In this document: in pieces, positions 60,950 to 64,000 of the stretch | Layout: each line of letters opens with the position of its first letter | How positions within the stretch are numbered: position 1 is the stretch's first letter | Source: an uncultured Candidatus Rokubacteria bacterium | GTDB lineage: Bacteria; Methylomirabilota; Methylomirabilia; Rokubacteriales; DASRDR01 | Length of the DNA: 64,000 bases | Assembly: GCA_963805625.1 (NCBI GenBank) | Contig: CAWDVE010000010.1 | Span: 2,112,001 to 2,176,000, forward strand | Direction of reading: 5' to 3' | Notes under the pieces: generated by a model | The model's database searches: none | What the model saw: only the letters and a program-made list of their open reading frames with translations | What the model was told of the DNA's origin: nothing | Made by a program: the position numbers and the translations under genes

Positions 60950-62083
60950 CTAGCCTCGTCGAACTGCCTCGATGCCGATCGCGCGCTGAGTCGCACCGCG
61001 CCCGTCCTCGCGCAACAGCTTCTCCACCCGAACGCCGACAAGGCGGATCTTCCTCCCCTTCGGGTTCTCCCGCGCGTCGAAAAATGGCTCCAGCAATCGT
61101 CGCACCTCGCCCTGCAGCTCCTCCTCGCGCCGAAACGGTCCCGTGCCCGTATGGGAGCGACTCCGTGTCACGAACCCCGAAAAGCGAACGGTGACCGTCA
61201 CGGTCCGGAACGCCTGGAACCCCTCGGCGACGAACCGCCGATACACTTCGCCGGCGAGCAAGCACGCCCGCTCCAAGACAAAGCCGGCATCGAGCGTGTC
61301 CTCCTCGAACGTCTCCTGTTCGCCCACGGACTTCCGCTCCCACTCGTTGGAGACGGGATCTTCGGACATTCCCCGGGCCTTCTGCCACAGGCCCCCGCCC
61401 CACTTGCCGAACCACGTCGCGAGCAGGGGGATTTCAATATCGCGGAGATCGGCGATGGTCTTGATGCCCTTCCCGTGGAGGAAGGCCTCGGTCTTGGGCC
61501 CGATCCCGGGAATGACCCGGCTCCGGAGCGGGTCGAGAAACGCCTGCACCGCCTCCGGCCGGACGACGGTCAAGCCATCCGGCTTCCTGAAGTCGGAGGC
61601 GATCTTGGCGACGAGCTTGTTCGGCCCAATCCCGACCGAGCAGGTGAGGCCCTCATGCGCGAGGATCTCCGCCTTCAGCCTCCTGACATGCCCCTCGGCA
61701 CCTTTCATGTCGCCGAGGGACGTGAGGTCGACGTAGGCCTCGTCGATGCTCGCCCTCTCGAAGGCATCGGCGCCTCGGGCGAGGATCGCCATGATCCGAT
61801 CGGAGACCTCCCGATAGAGCGACTGGTTACCTCGGACGAAGACCGTCTCGGCCTCGCCCCGTTTGCGGGCGACGTCAGCCAGGCGCCAGGCCCGTGAGAT
61901 CGGGAGAGCCGAGCGGATGCCGTACTTCCGGGCGGCATAGTTCGCGGTGGTGACGACGCCACGACCCTTCCCCGCCTTCGGATCGGCCCCCACGACGACC
62001 GGCCGGCCGCGAAGCTCAGGGTGATGCCGCTCCTCCACCGCGGCGTAGAAGGCGTCCATGTCGATGTGGGCGATGATTCTCAT
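60950..62083 (-). CDS. dinB: DNA polymerase IV
   Basis: HIDMDAFYAAVE, ANYAARKYGI, SIDEAY, AKIASDFRKPDG, IPGIGPKT, RKSVG. Confidence 0.95.
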   Translation of the reverse strand: MRIIAHIDMDAFYAAVEERHHPELRGRPVVVGADPKAGKGRGVVTTANYAARKYGIRSALPISRAWRLADVARKRGEAETVFVRGNQSLYREVSDRIMAILARGADAFERASIDEAYVDLTSLGDMKGAEGHVRRLKAEILAHEGLTCSVGIGPNKLVAKIASDFRKPDGLTVVRPEAVQAFLDPLRSRVIPGIGPKTEAFLHGKGIKTIADLRDIEIPLLATWFGKWGGGLWQKARGMSEDPVSNEWERKSVGEQETFEEDTLDAGFVLERACLLAGEVYRRFVAEGFQAFRTVTVTVRFSGFVTRSRSHTGTGPFRREEELQGEVRRLLEPFFDARENPKGRKIRLVGVRVEKLLREDGRGATQRAIGIEAVRRG

Positions 62084-62113
62084 GCCGCGCGGGGACTCCC
62101 GGCTGTCCGTGGA

Positions 62114-62344
62114 TCACCGTGATCGAGGGGTGCCTGCCACCAAGATTCTACCGCGGAAGGCCTCCTTCGGGCGCGGGCACTGCAACCCGGCGTACGTGAG
62201 GGCGTCGAGGCTGGCCCAGCGGAGGTGGATCACCACCTCGTCGGCGCCGTGGCTCAGGACGAGCCGCGCGCCGCCGGCCGCATCCGGGCTGAGCGTTGCG
62301 ATCATCCCGTAGTGGCGCCAGTCGAGAGCGCAGAGCATGGCCAT
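62114..62344 (-). CDS. Small hypothetical protein
   Basis: GAGGTG RBS, tightly coupled to the upstream ORF. Confidence 0.5.
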   Translation of the reverse strand: MAMLCALDWRHYGMIATLSPDAAGGARLVLSHGADEVVIHLRWASLDALTYAGLQCPRPKEAFRGRILVAGTPRSR

Positions 62345-62345
62345 G

Positions 62346-62690
62346 TCACACCTCGCGCGAGAGGGCTGGGCCGATGAAGTCCAGGCTCCCGGTCATCGGA
62401 TCGTGAGCTGCGCGTTCGTGCGGACCATCCACCGCGCGCCGGCGGCGCCGGGACAGGGGCTCGACCGGCAGCGGTGCGCCGGCGTCTTCGTGGGCGCGAG
62501 CGAGCTCGGCGCGCTGGGCGCCATTGAGGCTCGCCTCGAGGGCGCGCGCCTCGCCGCGGAGCGTGTCGACGCGGCGGCGCAGCGTGAGGGCGCGCGCGGT
62601 CGCCCGCACCTCGCGCGTCGCCTGCCGGTCGGCGTGGCCTTCGAGCCGGAGGATCCGGCGCACCTTGCGGGAGCGGATCGTCATGGCCAT
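62346..62690 (-). CDS. Small basic helical hypothetical protein
   Basis: AGGAGG RBS before ATG 62690 (MAMTIRSRKVRR..). Confidence 0.55.
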   Translation of the reverse strand: MAMTIRSRKVRRILRLEGHADRQATREVRATARALTLRRRVDTLRGEARALEASLNGAQRAELARAHEDAGAPLPVEPLSRRRRRAVDGPHERAAHDPMTGSLDFIGPALSREV

Positions 62691-62986
62691 GGGTTCGCCT
62701 CCTGGTGTGGGGATCGTGGGATGTCTTGGGATGGCGCTCTCGATGCGATCCGCGTTGCTCGCGGGGTCTGCGCGGCCATCGCCGGTCGGCGGACATCCCC
62801 GGGGCGCCGTTGCCGCCGAAGGCTCCAATCCGGCTTGGACGCCTCGCGGCACCAGCTCGAACGGCCAGTCGTGCCACGAGGGGCTGACCGGGTGTCTCGC
62901 CACGCCCCGAAGCGCGGCATTCGGCTCATCTCGTCGCACCGGGCGACCGGCCGCCCGGCCAGGGCTCGACGACATTGCCCCTGGGG

Positions 62987-63709
62987 TCATCGGGAGGCTC
63001 CTTCACGCGTCGGACTGTCGGCCTCCGGCGCGGTCGGACTCGGACGGCCATCCGGCGACGGTCGCCACCATGGCTGAGCGGCGAGCACGTCCCGGATGGT
63101 CACGGGCGAGATGGTCTCGTCGCCACGCGAGGGAGACGGCCCTGCGCGCGCGCCGAGCCCGAGGCGCGCGTGCAGGGCACGCGCGTCTTCGTCTTTGTCT
63201 TTCTCTGGTCTCTGTCTGAGTCTTCCGGGGGCTGAACCCCGCGAATTCTCAACCGTTTCACGCGCGAGGTCCGCCGGGACCTCCGCCAGAACGTCGGCAC
63301 CGGCGCGGGCTCCGGTGCGGGCAGACGCGGTCACGTCCGCGGGGACCTCCGCCGGCAGCTCCCCCGCGAAGCGAGGGGAGAGATCCGTGTAGGTCCCCTG
63401 TGCGAGCGGGTACTTGTGGATGGCGACGTCGACCAGCCGGCCGCGGGCTCCGCGATGAATCGGGTACCAGATGTAGCGCTTCCGCTTGAGGGCTCGACGG
63501 AGCTTCTCGACGTGGTTCGCCGTCAGGCCCGTCTGCTCTCTGAGGATGGGCCAACTCGTCCGCACGGCGCCCGTCCGGGCGTCCGCCTTCGTGCAGAGCC
63601 ACGTGAACATCCCGAACTCGTCCCACGTGATCCGACGAAGCTCCAGGTGCTCGTCGATCGAGCGACGCCACCGGAGAAAGTTGTCGGCCCCGGCCGGACG
63701 CGGTCTCAC
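62987..63709 (-). CDS. Winged-HTH protein resembling phage/plasmid replication initiators
   Basis: FGMFTWLCTKAD..SWPILREQTGLTANHVEKLRRALKRKRYI, then a low-complexity linker with duplicated AEVPAD; GTG 63709 overlaps the upstream TGA. Confidence 0.55.
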   Translation of the reverse strand: MRPRPAGADNFLRWRRSIDEHLELRRITWDEFGMFTWLCTKADARTGAVRTSWPILREQTGLTANHVEKLRRALKRKRYIWYPIHRGARGRLVDVAIHKYPLAQGTYTDLSPRFAGELPAEVPADVTASARTGARAGADVLAEVPADLARETVENSRGSAPGRLRQRPEKDKDEDARALHARLGLGARAGPSPSRGDETISPVTIRDVLAAQPWWRPSPDGRPSPTAPEADSPTREGASR

Positions 63710-64000
63710 GTGAGTCTCAGGGCGTAGCCCGGCGTGAGCACGCCGGGCGGCAGGACCGGCTCGGCGGAGAACGTCAGGCACTCGATCCCGTCGACGGCGA
63801 ACGCATGGCGGTGCGGGAAGAGCCGCTCCGGCTGCTCGGTGCTCGTCACCGCCAGGCCCGTCCGCTGGACGGTCCGCCAGAACGTCCCGGGGCTCAGTTG
63901 GACCTCGACGCCGCCGTCCGCGCGGGGCCAGACGCCGAGCACGGCGGCGTAGTCCCGCGGGATGTCGAGCTTCGCGAGGACCCGCTGGAGCGTCTCGCGC
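63706..64000 (-). CDS. Hypothetical protein (5' partial)
   Basis: Frame of ORF 63706..63942 stays open to the window end with coding-like codons. Confidence 0.55.
   Translation of the reverse strand, partial: RETLQRVLAKLDIPRDYAAVLGVWPRADGGVEVQLSPGTFWRTVQRTGLAVTSTEQPERLFPHRHAFAVDGIECLTFSAEPVLPPGVLTPGYALRLT

Noticed and set aside
1-64000. tRNA, rRNA, known riboswitches, defence systems
   Set aside because: None recognised by eye; a covariance-model scan was not possible.

Overview
High-GC bacterial chromosomal window. The gene families (zinc ribbon/cyclase/AAA/TPR protein, CxxC..HxxC small protein, several Pot-like ABC systems) suggest Ca. Rokubacteria/Methylomirabilota; this is an inference. 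In order: (1) polyamine/opine-type ABC operon with a fused double permease and an LLM oxidoreductase; (2) plsB-like acyltransferase, gpsA and hflX; (3) a ~17 kb mosaic of general-stress-type small proteins (three DUF3309 paralogs, Hsp20, YihY, GlsB/YeaQ, AI-2E, CsbD remnant) sharing a palindromic operator over sigma70 promoters, with a PBP, a diguanylate cyclase and gene remnants (groEL, integrase); (4) a protease cluster behind two identical divergent sigma54 promoters, next to two atypical sigma54 activators; (5) a minus-strand unit of a Mu Com-like zinc finger, a catalytically truncated IS1595-like protein, a 22-Cys secreted protein and a tandem DsbA; the leader of the secreted protein has six GAGNNCC Com-type motifs and two mutually exclusive RNA pairings around the start codon (best candidate for an undescribed system); (6) a second Pot-like ABC operon, an IS element, a glycine oxidase-like gene, DUF445 and dinB; (7) the edge of a probable integrated element with a wHTH replication-initiator-like gene. 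Several intact-looking genes carry small frameshifts, probably sequencing errors. All family calls are by motif recognition; no database searches were run.
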